Below are positions 15,955 through 26,600 of a stretch of DNA of 45,618 nt, piece by piece. Origin of the DNA: a virus. The first letter of the stretch is position 1. The number at the start of each line of letters is the position of its first letter. The notes beneath the pieces were generated by a model. The model was not told the DNA's origin. It saw only the letters and a list, made by a program, of their open reading frames with translations, and searched no databases. The stretch is taken from positions 1-45,618 of IMG/VR virus record IMGVR_UViG_3300047440_000231, one strand, 5' to 3'. Made by a program: the position numbers and the translations under genes.

Positions 15955-17495
15955 GATGCACAATCATCGCTCTTGCATGGCTCGCGCTTCTGTCAACTCC
16001 TACGGAAGCTTGGAGGCAGGGCCTCGCTACTCCAGTCGTTGATTCGACGTGGACATGTTTTCGTAGTGCCGCATCAGGAACATGTGGTGCCGCAACGGCC
16101 CACAATTTCAATGCTGCATGCGATGGCGTGACGGACGACAGTGCCGCCCTTGCAGCATGGACAGCATTCGGCGTTGCAGCAAATCCTGCGCTTGTGAAGC
16201 TCTATATCCCGCCTGGGTCAATCTGCCACTTCGCCGGACAAAATACGCTTACCTGGGACGTGAACGCGAGCGGGAGCGGAATTAACAATGCGATCATTGT
16301 GGCTTACGGTGCATCAATAGACATCGCTTATATTGGCGGTCAACAGTTTTTCCAGGACGCGACGCATAGCGCGCTGATTTCATCGGTCGGCGTCGGGGCA
16401 TCATCGCTATCAGTAATAGATGGAAATGTTGGACGCTTTGCGAATGGCGACTATATTAAAATAACTGGGGATTGTCTCGACAATGGCGGGGGCTTTCCGC
16501 CAACATTTCAGTTTTACGATTCGACGACGATATCAAATATCGTCAGCACGACGATCGCGCTCGCAAGTCCAACGACTTACGCATACAAATCGACGTGGCC
16601 GGTCTGCGGGCTTGGTGGAACCATGGGAAATGGCGGATCGGCAACGATCTTCAAAATCCCGCAAAACTGGAACACGCATCTTCAACTCTACGGCTTGACG
16701 ATCACAAATCCGACAGCCGCGCAGATCAATGTCAACCTTCGTCAAGCAGAATTCACTAGCGTCTCCGTTCTCAAGGGGACAATAGCACCAAGCGCCGTCG
16801 ACAGTTTCTTTGCGACTAACTCTCGGTTTGTCGATGGCGTCGAGTTAGACAAAGAAGCCGGCAACGTTCAATTCGCAAATAGTACGATCGGCCAGATAGC
16901 GAGCCAAGTTCCGTCTCCGAAAAACCTCATCGTCACCAATTCAATCGAAACATGCTCGTTCAACGGAATCCCTCTCAATGCGACGATCACTAACACGACT
17001 GTCCAGGCTGGAAGTTGTGACGGGCGCATAGGTGTCGGAACATCATTCTTTGGGCACGGCAACAGTCTTGTGGTCAGCGGAGGATCGTTTGCCGTTGCCG
17101 CGATGGAAACGACGGAATTTCCGGTATCCGATCTCACCTCCTATAGCAGCGGTACGTTTGTGGTCGCTAAGTCAGCGGGTTCGGTGCCAATCGGCGGATA
17201 TTTTCAGACGTTCGTTCCTGGATTTGAATACAAACTAAGCTTCCACAATGCCTTTCAAAGTTCATGTACGCCGCTCACGACATTCTTTGTGACCGACCTC
17301 CGCGAAGATGCCAGCAACTATTATGCCGATACCGCGACGTGGGTGCAGGCAGGAAGCTCGATTGCAACGCCAGCGACGCTGCCCAGTCTGAGTTGCGGCA
17401 CTACGCCGACGATCACACCCTATCCGGCACAGACCATCACGCAGAGCGGTACAGGCGGGTCGCCAAGCCTGACGATCTTCGCCCCTCCGCAATGA
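15948..17495 (+). CDS. Beta-helix (pectate-lyase-3-like) depolymerase/tailspike-like protein with N-terminal signal-like segment
   Basis: GTG start overlapping the upstream stop (GTGCTGA). N-terminus LRCTIIALAWLALLSTPTEA. CDGVTDDSAALAAW is the hallmark of the Pectate_lyase_3 N-terminal turn. G+C looks lower than in neighbours. Confidence 0.65.
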   Translation: MLRCTIIALAWLALLSTPTEAWRQGLATPVVDSTWTCFRSAASGTCGAATAHNFNAACDGVTDDSAALAAWTAFGVAANPALVKLYIPPGSICHFAGQNTLTWDVNASGSGINNAIIVAYGASIDIAYIGGQQFFQDATHSALISSVGVGASSLSVIDGNVGRFANGDYIKITGDCLDNGGGFPPTFQFYDSTTISNIVSTTIALASPTTYAYKSTWPVCGLGGTMGNGGSATIFKIPQNWNTHLQLYGLTITNPTAAQINVNLRQAEFTSVSVLKGTIAPSAVDSFFATNSRFVDGVELDKEAGNVQFANSTIGQIASQVPSPKNLIVTNSIETCSFNGIPLNATITNTTVQAGSCDGRIGVGTSFFGHGNSLVVSGGSFAVAAMETTEFPVSDLTSYSSGTFVVAKSAGSVPIGGYFQTFVPGFEYKLSFHNAFQSSCTPLTTFFVTDLREDASNYYADTATWVQAGSSIATPATLPSLSCGTTPTITPYPAQTITQSGTGGSPSLTIFAPPQ

Positions 17496-17518
17496 CGGAA
17501 CATCGGCAAATCCAGGGG

Positions 17519-17528
17519 TACGTTGCCG
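17519..17528 (+). promoter_or_regulatory. Conserved motif, copy 3 (GTACGTTGCCG; 10 of 11 bases)
   Basis: TACGTTGCCG lies 24 nt after the stop at 17495 and 30 nt before the ATG at 17558. Confidence 0.45.
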
Positions 17529-17557
17529 CCGCGGAACCTCGCTGAAAAGGTGCCAGA

Positions 17558-18862
17558 ATGACGGAATTTCTGACGCCCGTGGACATCGCCAATCGGGGGC
17601 TGCAGCACTGTGGCCAGACCAGAATCGATGCCACGCTGGGCTTCACCGAGCCATCGAAGGCGGCGGCGGAATGCGGGTCGAGCTACGGAAAGCTGCGCCG
17701 CGCCGAGCTGCAGCGTAACACCTGGCGGTTTGCAATCCGCCGCACCGTGCTGCGCGCGATTGATGCTACCACCATGCTGCTGCGTCCGGCGCTGTGGGCC
17801 TCGACCACCACGTACTTCGTCGGCTCGATCGTCATCGATCAGTTCGGAACGCTGTGGATCTCGCAGACCCGCGACAACCTCGGCAACGATCCGCTCAATT
17901 CTAGCGCATGGGCCGAATACTTCGGGCCGATGACGGTGAGCGCGGTCGACTCGACCACCAGCTATTTTGCCGGCGAGTTGGTCTACACGGCGCCCGGAGA
18001 TGGCACCAACCGGGTGTACCTGTCGCTGATCAATGGCAACACCGATGTTCCGGCGACCGCGACGGCGTGGAGCGCGACGGCGACCTACTTCCGCAATCAG
18101 GTCGTGACCAAGACCGCGACCGCCTACATGAGCCGGATCGACCTCAATCTCGGGCAAGATCCGGCCACGACCTTCGTCGCCGAGTGGGCATCTGTCACGA
18201 CCTATGGCGCGGCAGCCAAGGCGACCGGGACCGACGGCGTGATCTACTCCTCGATCGCTGGCGGCAACGTCGGGCATGACCCGATCTCCTCGCCCGCGTT
18301 CTGGACCAACACCGGCATCCTATCGCCGTGGGACACGACCTTCGTTGGTGGCGCGGGATCGCTCAACTGGCTGCAGATCGGTGGTGCAGAGTTTCCGATG
18401 GGCGTGACGCTCGCGCCGATCACTCCGCTCTATCCGATCAATTCCGGCCCGTCGATCCAATCGACGGCCAAGAACTTCTTCCGCCTGCCGGCCGGCTTCT
18501 TGCGCAAGGCTCCGGTCGATCCGAAGGCGGGCGCGATCTCCTACCTGGGGGCGTCATGGGGGCTGCCTTACGACGACTGGAATTTCGAGAATGCCTACAT
18601 CACCAGCGCGCAGTCGCAGCCGATCACGCTCGCATTCGTCGCCGATACGGTCGACGTCACGTCGTTCGACGACATGTTCTGCGAAGGGCTCGGCGCGCGC
18701 ATCGGCTTCGAGGTATGCGAGGCGCTGACGCAGTCGACATCGAAGAAATCATCGATCGCGCAGGAATACGATCGCTTCATGGGCGAGGCCCGCAAGGTCA
18801 ACGCGATCCTGATCGGCAGCGAGCAACCGCCCGTCGACGATTACATTTCATGTAGGGGTTAG
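17558..18862 (+). CDS. Tail tubular protein A / adaptor (T7 gp11-like) with inserted CBM5/12-like repeats
   Basis: Directly upstream of the gp12-like gene. Four ~45-aa repeats between W80 and W249 follow the pattern T-x-Y-x-x-G...Y-x-S...N-x-G-x-D-P...W. Confidence 0.6.
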   Translation: MTEFLTPVDIANRGLQHCGQTRIDATLGFTEPSKAAAECGSSYGKLRRAELQRNTWRFAIRRTVLRAIDATTMLLRPALWASTTTYFVGSIVIDQFGTLWISQTRDNLGNDPLNSSAWAEYFGPMTVSAVDSTTSYFAGELVYTAPGDGTNRVYLSLINGNTDVPATATAWSATATYFRNQVVTKTATAYMSRIDLNLGQDPATTFVAEWASVTTYGAAAKATGTDGVIYSSIAGGNVGHDPISSPAFWTNTGILSPWDTTFVGGAGSLNWLQIGGAEFPMGVTLAPITPLYPINSGPSIQSTAKNFFRLPAGFLRKAPVDPKAGAISYLGASWGLPYDDWNFENAYITSAQSQPITLAFVADTVDVTSFDDMFCEGLGARIGFEVCEALTQSTSKKSSIAQEYDRFMGEARKVNAILIGSEQPPVDDYISCRG

Positions 18863-18865
18863 CCG

Positions 18866-21448
18866 ATGCCATCCGCATCGGAAGTCCAGACCTCGTTCCT
18901 TGGTGGCGAGTGGGCTAAAACCGCGCAGGGGCGGTTCGATGATCCGGCCTATCTCACCGGGCTCGGCATCTGCCTCAACTGGATTCCAATCGAGAGCGGC
19001 GCTCTGACGCGGCGTCCCGGCACCGCATTCGCGCAGGCCACGCGCGGCGGTGTTGCTGGCCGGGTGATCGGCTTCAACTTTCAGCAGGCCGCTGCTTACA
19101 CGGTCGAGTTCACCGATAGCCATCTGCGGTTCCGCTCCGGCGCCACGCTGGTCACGACGAATGACAGCGTCGGCATCCTCGCGATCTCCGGTGCCAATCC
19201 TGCGGTGGTGCAGACGGCATCCGCAGTGACGTGGGCGAGCAGCGACCAGGCGTACTTTACGCTGCTCGGCAGCACCTCACCACTGCTGCAGAACCGCGTG
19301 TTCGTGCTCACCAAGATCGACACCACGCATTTCTCGCTCACCGACGGGATTACCGGCGCCACCATCGATGGCTCGACGCTCGGCTTCGTAGTGACGCCTG
19401 GCGCGCTGATCAATCGCGTACTCGATCTGTCCTCGCCCTACACGGCCGGCTCGTGGGCAACGGTGCGCCTAGTGCAAGCGGAGACCACCGCATACCTGCT
19501 CGACGGCACCGGCGTGAAGCAGCAGCAGATTCTCACCGCGACGCCGCCGGCCGGATCAGCCTTCGCCAGCTTCACGATTGCGACAGGCGCGCTGCGCGAT
19601 GGCCCATATCTCGACGTGCCGCCATTTGCTCCCGGCTCGACGCTGACGATCCAGGGCGATGGCAGCTTTTCCCTGACCTCCGGGATTTGGCCTGACTCGC
19701 GCCGAACGGGGCTGACCGCGAACGATATCGGCCGGCTGGTGCGGTTCTTCAATGAGCCGCCGGCATGGCCCGGCGCCGGACTTGTGACGGCCGGGGTGTT
19801 CTACACATTCAATCTGTCGGTCGACCCAGCACAGGCCACTTACTGGCTGTGCAACACCACCGCGGCGGCGACGTCTCCCGGAACCAACACGACCGACTGG
19901 ACGCCGCTGGCGCCGTCGCGCGCAGTCGGATGGATCGAGGCGATCATTGCGACTATCGTCACGCCGACACGATTCACCGTGTCATTCGTGACATCGATGA
20001 TCTACGGAACATCCGGCGTCATCATCAGGACATGGCGGCTTGGCGTCTACTCGAACGAGGTAGGCTGGCCGACGGTCGGAACCTATCATGAAGGCCGGCT
20101 GTGGCTTGGCGGCGCGATCCCAAATCGCTGGGATGCGTCGATGTCGAATAAGACCGGCATTTTCTCGCCGACCGATGTGTCGGGAGTGGTGGCGCAAAAC
20201 AACGGCATCTCGTACACGTTCTTGTCCGACAGCGTGAACCCGGCACTGTGGGCCAAGAGCGACGATCGCGGCATTATCGTCGGCACGCAGGAGGCTGAAT
20301 GGCTGATCTCGGCAACGACGCAAAATCTGCCATTGTCGCCGACCAACATCCAGGCGCATCCGGTGACGCACTACGGCAGTGCGCCAATCGAGCCGCGGAG
20401 AGCCGGTGGGACGCTGGTGTTCGTGCAGCGGTTTGCTCGCACGCTGCTCGAGTATTTTGCCGACGTGTTCTCGGGTCGTCTCAATGCGCCGAAGCTTACC
20501 CGCAACTCTCGTCATCTGACGCAGACGGCCCTACGCGAGCTTGCCTATCAGGCCGAGCTGACACCGACGATCTGGGCGCGGCGTGGCGATGGCGGCCTGG
20601 TCGGCTGGACCTACAAGCGCGAGAACCTGCTGTCGTCGCAGGGGCCGACCTTCATCGGTGGCCATCGGCACGCGCTCGGCTCCGGCCGTGTGGTCGAGAG
20701 CATCGCGGGTGGGCCTTCGATCGGCGGCAATCTCGACACGCTGACCATGGTGACCAACGATCCGGCGACCGGCATCCGGCATGTCGAGCTATTGACCGAC
20801 CTGTGGGAGGAAGGCAACGCGCCTACATCGGCGTGGTATCTCGATGATGCGATAGCGCCATCGTCCTATAGCTTCGATCTCAATGCGCAGACCGTGACGC
20901 TCAACGGCCTATGGCACCTCAATGGCAAGACGGTCTCGGTGTTCATGGGCGGCGTGGATGCGGGCGACGTCGCGGTGGCGGGCGGATCGGCTACGGTCAA
21001 GATCGACGGCACCGCGAACGACCTGCTCACGGTTGCCTACATCCAGCCGTTTCTCGCCAATCTGCCGGCAGTGGTCGGCTTCACCTACAACTCGGACGGA
21101 CAGGCGCTGCGGCCCGGACCGCAGAAGGACTCCGGCGCCGCGAATGGCCCGGCCTTCGCCAAGGTGCAGCGCACGCATCAGATCGGCGTTCTGGTGCAAG
21201 ACACGGCTGGCGGCGTTGGTGGACGCGGGCTTGGCTTCGACAGCTTCTTCGACAAGCTTCGGCCGGCACTATTCCGCACGCCGGATCAAAAGCTGATCCC
21301 CGAAAACGTGCTGTTCTCCGGCATCTATTGGGCGCCGATCGACAATCCGTATTCGTTCGACGAAGGTCAGGTGTGCTGGCGTATCAGCCGGCCGTATCCG
21401 GCGACGATCGCGGCGCTGGGCGGGTTCCAGGCGACGCAGGACAGGTGA
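18866..21448 (+). CDS. Tail tubular protein B / nozzle (T7 gp12-like)
   Basis: 860 aa. N-terminus SFLGGEW...LNWIPIESGALTRRPG parallels the gp12 N-terminus (GGISQQ...RPP). Gene order also fits. Confidence 0.7.
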   Translation: MPSASEVQTSFLGGEWAKTAQGRFDDPAYLTGLGICLNWIPIESGALTRRPGTAFAQATRGGVAGRVIGFNFQQAAAYTVEFTDSHLRFRSGATLVTTNDSVGILAISGANPAVVQTASAVTWASSDQAYFTLLGSTSPLLQNRVFVLTKIDTTHFSLTDGITGATIDGSTLGFVVTPGALINRVLDLSSPYTAGSWATVRLVQAETTAYLLDGTGVKQQQILTATPPAGSAFASFTIATGALRDGPYLDVPPFAPGSTLTIQGDGSFSLTSGIWPDSRRTGLTANDIGRLVRFFNEPPAWPGAGLVTAGVFYTFNLSVDPAQATYWLCNTTAAATSPGTNTTDWTPLAPSRAVGWIEAIIATIVTPTRFTVSFVTSMIYGTSGVIIRTWRLGVYSNEVGWPTVGTYHEGRLWLGGAIPNRWDASMSNKTGIFSPTDVSGVVAQNNGISYTFLSDSVNPALWAKSDDRGIIVGTQEAEWLISATTQNLPLSPTNIQAHPVTHYGSAPIEPRRAGGTLVFVQRFARTLLEYFADVFSGRLNAPKLTRNSRHLTQTALRELAYQAELTPTIWARRGDGGLVGWTYKRENLLSSQGPTFIGGHRHALGSGRVVESIAGGPSIGGNLDTLTMVTNDPATGIRHVELLTDLWEEGNAPTSAWYLDDAIAPSSYSFDLNAQTVTLNGLWHLNGKTVSVFMGGVDAGDVAVAGGSATVKIDGTANDLLTVAYIQPFLANLPAVVGFTYNSDGQALRPGPQKDSGAANGPAFAKVQRTHQIGVLVQDTAGGVGGRGLGFDSFFDKLRPALFRTPDQKLIPENVLFSGIYWAPIDNPYSFDEGQVCWRISRPYPATIAALGGFQATQDR

Positions 21449-21451
21449 TCC

Positions 21452-21934
21452 ATGGCAAGCGCTGACACATTCTCGGCAGCCTCCGGCGCGGTCAACGACC
21501 TGTTTGCGGGTTTTGCGGCCGGTTACAAGCAGAAGGGCGCTCTGATCGAGGAGGGCATGTATCGGTCGGCCGCCGGCTTTGCGCGCCAGAACGAGGAGTT
21601 CACCAAGGCATCGACCGACATCAAGCTCGCTCAGCAGGAGCGATCGAACTATCTCACGCTCGGTGGGCAGCAGGCGGACGTCGCTGGTGCCGGCTTTGCC
21701 GAGAGCGGATCGGCGCTCGACCTGTTGCGGGATAGCGCGAGCCAGGGCGCATTGACCAAGCAGGTCATGGGCTATCAGGGCCTGATTACCGAGGCCGGCT
21801 ATGAGCAGCAGGCGGCATCGTTCGATGCGCAGGCGAATGCCGCGAGCGTTGCGGCGAAGGCGGCCGGCGTTGCCCAGATCGGCGATTTCGTTTCGTCAGC
21901 GATCAAGGGCGTCACCGCGATAGCGACGCTATAG
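21452..21934 (+). CDS. Internal virion protein (gp14-like by position)
   Basis: 160 aa, Ala/Gly/Gln-rich, first of three genes after the nozzle gene. Confidence 0.5.
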   Translation: MASADTFSAASGAVNDLFAGFAAGYKQKGALIEEGMYRSAAGFARQNEEFTKASTDIKLAQQERSNYLTLGGQQADVAGAGFAESGSALDLLRDSASQGALTKQVMGYQGLITEAGYEQQAASFDAQANAASVAAKAAGVAQIGDFVSSAIKGVTAIATL

Positions 21935-21942
21935 GGATCACC

Positions 21943-23601
21943 ATGGTCATCCGCACGATTGACGCGCCCGCCCTCGGCTTTCAGCCGACCGAGACCGGCA
22001 TCGAATCGACTGCGCAGGGCGCTCGGCGGGTCGGCGCATTCTACAGCCAGACCGCAGAGGATTTCACCAATACCGGATCGCGGATTGCCGGCGCGGTGCG
22101 CGAGGCCGGCGACGTCTACGTCAAGCATCTCGACCACGAGCAGATCAGCGAGGGCGCCAAGGACTTCGCACAGCGCCAGCTCGACCTCACGCAGAAGTGG
22201 ACAGACATCGCCAAGGACCCGGCCGCGGCGAATGATCCTGCGGTGGCGCAGAAGTTTCGCGACGAGGTGCTTGAGCCATCGCTCGATGCGTTCAAGGGTA
22301 AGTTCACCACCCAGCGCGCGCAACAGTGGGCCGAGGAGCATGCCGACGCGCTGCGCAACCACATGTTCCAGAAGACGGCGGCGGATCAGTCGACGCTTGC
22401 GGGTGAGGCGGTCAAGACCAACATCGCCAAGGTCGCCAATTCGTCGGCTGCCACTGCGCGGCTCGATCCGTCATCACTCGACTTCCAGCTACAGACGGTT
22501 GAGAGCGCGCTCAAGGGCGTGGTCGAGTCGAGCCCGACGCTTAATGCCGAACAGGTAGCGAGGGTTTCCGGCGAGGTGCTGCAGAAGGCCAAGGAGGGCG
22601 TCGTCAAGTCGGCCGTGATCGGGATGATCGAAAAGAACCCGAACGTCGACCTGTCGAAGATCGAAAAGAAGTACAGCGACTTCATCTCGGGACCCGAGAT
22701 GCAGATGTTCCAGAAGGCCGCGCAGGTCCAGGCGCGCAAGGATGCCTTGCTGGAACGCCAGACACAATTGATCGCCAAGCAGCAGGCCGAGCTGAAAGCT
22801 CACGCCGACGCGAACAGGAATTTCTCCGACAACGTGACGATCGATCCACAAACTCATCGTCCGATCATCAAGCCGGAGTTCTTCAACGGCGCGCTCGACA
22901 TCGCCAAGAACAACCCCGACGCGCCGAACGCGCAGACCACCGCGCGCACGCAGCTTGATTGGGGCGAGCACCAGCAGAACCTCAAGGATGAGTCGCCGCG
23001 CACCGATCCTGCGGTCAAGCAGGACTTCGTCGATCGCATGTTCTCGACGGATCATCCGACCACCGAGATCGAGTTGATGCGGGCGAACGTCAATGGCCAG
23101 CTCAACCACAACGACTTCAACGCCATGCATCAGATGGTCAAGACGCTCGAGCAGGAGCCGCTCAAGGGGCCGATCTGGCACGACACCATGGAGGCAGTGA
23201 AGGCCGACCTGATGGTGAGCGGTATCAACCTGCCGGGCAAGGACGTCGCAGGGATCAAAAACTACGCTTCGTTTGCGCAGACTTTCGTTCAGCAGTACCT
23301 CGCCGCCGCACGCCAGCCGGGTGGAGTTCCGCCGAATGCGCTCGACCTCAAAGACCCGCAATCGATGATCTCGAAGGCGATGGCGCCGTTCAAGCGCACC
23401 GTTGCGCAGAAGATGCAGGACTACATGGCCGGCATCGGGGGCGCGCCTGGCGCGCCCGGCAACCTCACGGCGCCCGGCACAACGATCACCGGCGTCAAGG
23501 TCGAGAACCAGCCGGCGGTGCGCACCAAGGCTGAATACGACAAGCTGCCCTCCGGCTCGTCGTTCATCGATCAGAACGGCAAGACGTGGAGGAAGCCGTA
23601 A
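21943..23601 (+). CDS. Internal virion protein (gp15-like by position)
   Basis: 552 aa, helical-looking, second of the three genes. Confidence 0.5.
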   Translation: MVIRTIDAPALGFQPTETGIESTAQGARRVGAFYSQTAEDFTNTGSRIAGAVREAGDVYVKHLDHEQISEGAKDFAQRQLDLTQKWTDIAKDPAAANDPAVAQKFRDEVLEPSLDAFKGKFTTQRAQQWAEEHADALRNHMFQKTAADQSTLAGEAVKTNIAKVANSSAATARLDPSSLDFQLQTVESALKGVVESSPTLNAEQVARVSGEVLQKAKEGVVKSAVIGMIEKNPNVDLSKIEKKYSDFISGPEMQMFQKAAQVQARKDALLERQTQLIAKQQAELKAHADANRNFSDNVTIDPQTHRPIIKPEFFNGALDIAKNNPDAPNAQTTARTQLDWGEHQQNLKDESPRTDPAVKQDFVDRMFSTDHPTTEIELMRANVNGQLNHNDFNAMHQMVKTLEQEPLKGPIWHDTMEAVKADLMVSGINLPGKDVAGIKNYASFAQTFVQQYLAAARQPGGVPPNALDLKDPQSMISKAMAPFKRTVAQKMQDYMAGIGGAPGAPGNLTAPGTTITGVKVENQPAVRTKAEYDKLPSGSSFIDQNGKTWRKP

Positions 23602-26600
23602 TGGCCGGCCCGGAGGATTGGGGGGCGGTTGCAGCGGGCGAGCAGGATCAGGGTCCCGCGGCTTGGGGCGCGCAGCCGGCCGACGCGCCGCCACGCGCCG
23701 TCTCGGGACCGAGTTCTGCCATGGGTGGCGGCCTGCCGATCAGTGCGCAGCTCGCGCCCTACTTCGCGCCAGTGCTCAAGGCATTCGGCCAGGGCTTCCA
23801 AGAGGGTTTCGGGCCGGATCGCCTGAACCGCTACGGGCTCTCCGACGAGTCGGTCAAGTGGCTGTCGGATCACAAGATTTTTGGTGGCAAGGACGGCTTC
23901 GACAACCCGCTGCAGGCCGGAGCCGAGCTGCTGCTCAACGACATCGCGCTCGGCCCACTGCATGGCATCGACCAGTTGGCGCGCGGCATGTCGGGGATGT
24001 TCCGAGGCGCCCAGGCCGCGGTCGCGGAGACTGGCGAGCAGGTCGGCCAGCCGCTGCTCGGCCGCGAGCTTGCCGCGCTGCCCGAGGCATTCATGGGCAC
24101 GCCGCATCCGATGGGCATACCGAAGGCATTCCCGGTGCCTGAGGGGGCGGTTGCGAGCGAGGGTGCAGTCGCTGCCGCGGCGCATGCGAGCGAGCCTGTG
24201 GTCGGGGCGCCGCCGCTGGTGGCCCAGGCTGCCGACCTTGGGGTGATCGGCGAGCCCAAGCCAGTGATCGCGGACCTGCCGCCTGCAGAGGCCGCAGATG
24301 CCACAATCCCGCGCACCATGGCTGCCGAGCAGAAACCGGGCGAATCGATCAGCGAGCCTGCCGGCCCCGCCAACCCATGGCGCGATCGGTTCGAGCAGTT
24401 CGTCGGCAAGCTCGAGGCGCCGGGCGACGTCCAGCAGCTCATTCGTGAGGCGGCCGACCAGAACGGGGAGTTCCAGGCGGCGCGGCAGGGCGACATTCCG
24501 CTCTCCCACGTCGAGAGCATCGCGGAGGCGGCGGGCGTCAACCCGGAGGAGATCAACGCCAAGGGGCTCGGTCGGCTACTGCGCAATGATGGCGAGGTGC
24601 GGACCGCGATGCAGTTGATGCTGCAGGTCACCGACAACCTCAAGGCGGCCGCTCGAGAGGTCAAGGCCGACGGCTCGCCGGAGAGCCTGATCAAGCTGCA
24701 GGAAGCCGTGATGCGGCGCGATCTCGCGGTCGAGCAGGTCGTGGGCCTGCGCGCCGAATGGGGCCGGACCGGCAACGTGTTCCAGGAGTTCTTGCGCGAC
24801 GTGAAAGACCAGGAGGGGCTGACGGCCTTCCTCAAGGACAAGAAGGGCCGCACGCCAGGAGACCTCAAGGATCTCGCCGATGCGATCGACACCATGGACC
24901 CGGCGCAGACCGCGCGCTTCATGAACGATGCCCGGACGCCGACGTTCTGGGACAAGTTCATGTGGTATTGGGTTAATGCCCTGATCTCTGGGCCGGTGAC
25001 CCATGCCAAGTATGCCATCGCCAATGCGGGGTTTGGCGCCTACGAGGCCGCGGTGGTCACTCCGGTGGCCGCAGGGCTCGGCGCAGTGCGGCGTGGGCTT
25101 CTCGGCGGCCGGGAAGGGGTGTTCATTGGCGAGGCGCCAGCGCGGCTCTGGGGGCTCGTGGCGGGCACGCCTGACGCGCTGGTCGCTGCCGCCAAGGCCG
25201 CACGCACGGGGCTGCAAACCCCGCTGCCGGGCGAGGTGGCGCAAGGCATCCTGCCGTCGCAGAACAAGGGCCTGCCGTTCCAGCAGAAGCCGATCGGCGG
25301 GGTGGCCGGAACGGTGATCGGCATACCGTCGCGGGGCGCGGCCGGCATCCACAGCTTCTACAACTTCCTCGGCTACCGGGCATCGATGGAGGCGCAGGCA
25401 TACCGCACTGCGGCAAAGGAGGGGCTATCGGGCCAGGACTTCTGGGAGCGGCGCCAAGCGCTGATCGACCAGCCAACCAAGGAGATGATGGATGCCGGCA
25501 TCGAGGAAGGCTACCGGCTGACCTACATTTCCGAGCTTGGTCCGGCCGGCAAGAAAATCTCGGCCGCCCTCAAGGCGACCAAGGTCGGCCAGCTCCTGAT
25601 GCCGTTCACCCACATCCCGTTCAACATCCTGTCGCGGGCAGTCGAGAACACTCCGCTGTTCCCGCTCTCCTCGGAAGCGCGCGGGGATCTGTCGGGCGCG
25701 AACGGCATCGTCAAGCGCGACATGGCGACCGCCCGCATCGTCGCCGGGACCGCCGTCGGCATGTGGGCGATGAACCTGGTGCTCAATGACCGCATGACCG
25801 GGTTTGGACCTACCGACCCAAAGGAACGCGCTCAGTGGCTCGCGCTCGGCCACCAGCCCTATTCGATCCGCATCGGCGACCAGTGGCTCTCGGTCAATCG
25901 ATTCGGCTCGATCGGCACCATGCTCGGCATCTACGCCAACCTGTCCGAGATCATGCCACACATGCAGGCCGATTCGGAGGAGCTGACCAAGGGCCTCGCG
26001 CTCGCGGTCCACTCCACCGGCCGGCTGCTCGAGGACGAGACCGGCATGCAGGGCCTCGCCAACATCATGCAGGCGATCGACGAGCCCGATCGCAAGGGCG
26101 CGCGCGTGGTCGGAAACATCGCCGGGAGCTTCCTGCCGTTCAGTTCTGCCCTGCGGCAAATTGCCTCATCCATGGACCCGGAGATGCGCGAGACCAAAAC
26201 CGTGGTCGATGGCCTGCGCTACTACATCCCGTCGGTACGTCAGGGTCTCTTACCCAAACGCGACTGGACCGGCATGCCGATCGCCAATGCGGGTTACGGC
26301 GGCGACCTGCCGGTGCCGGGCGTGTCTTCGATCATTCAGCACCGCGCGGTCGGCACAGATCCCGTGGCGCTCGAGATGAAGACGCTTGACCTGCATCCGG
26401 CTCTACCGGTGCCACGCATCGGCGGCGTGCAGCTCCCGCCAAAGCTTGCCGACGAGTATTTCTCGACCGCCGGCCCGATGACGCACGTCGCACTCGACCG
26501 CATGGTGGCGCAACCCGGCTGGGAAAACCTGCCGCTATTCGTGCGCCAGCAGGCATTCGAGTCGACCATCAAGGCCATGCGCCAGTCGGCCGGCGCCATC

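Noticed and set aside
22489-25024. Minus-strand ORFs of 401 and 384 aa (22489..23694, 23870..25024), plus other alternate-frame ORFs across the internal-virion genes
   Set aside because: Same compositional artefact: Arg-, Pro- and Ser-rich sequence with no motifs, overlapping the coherent plus-strand late operon.
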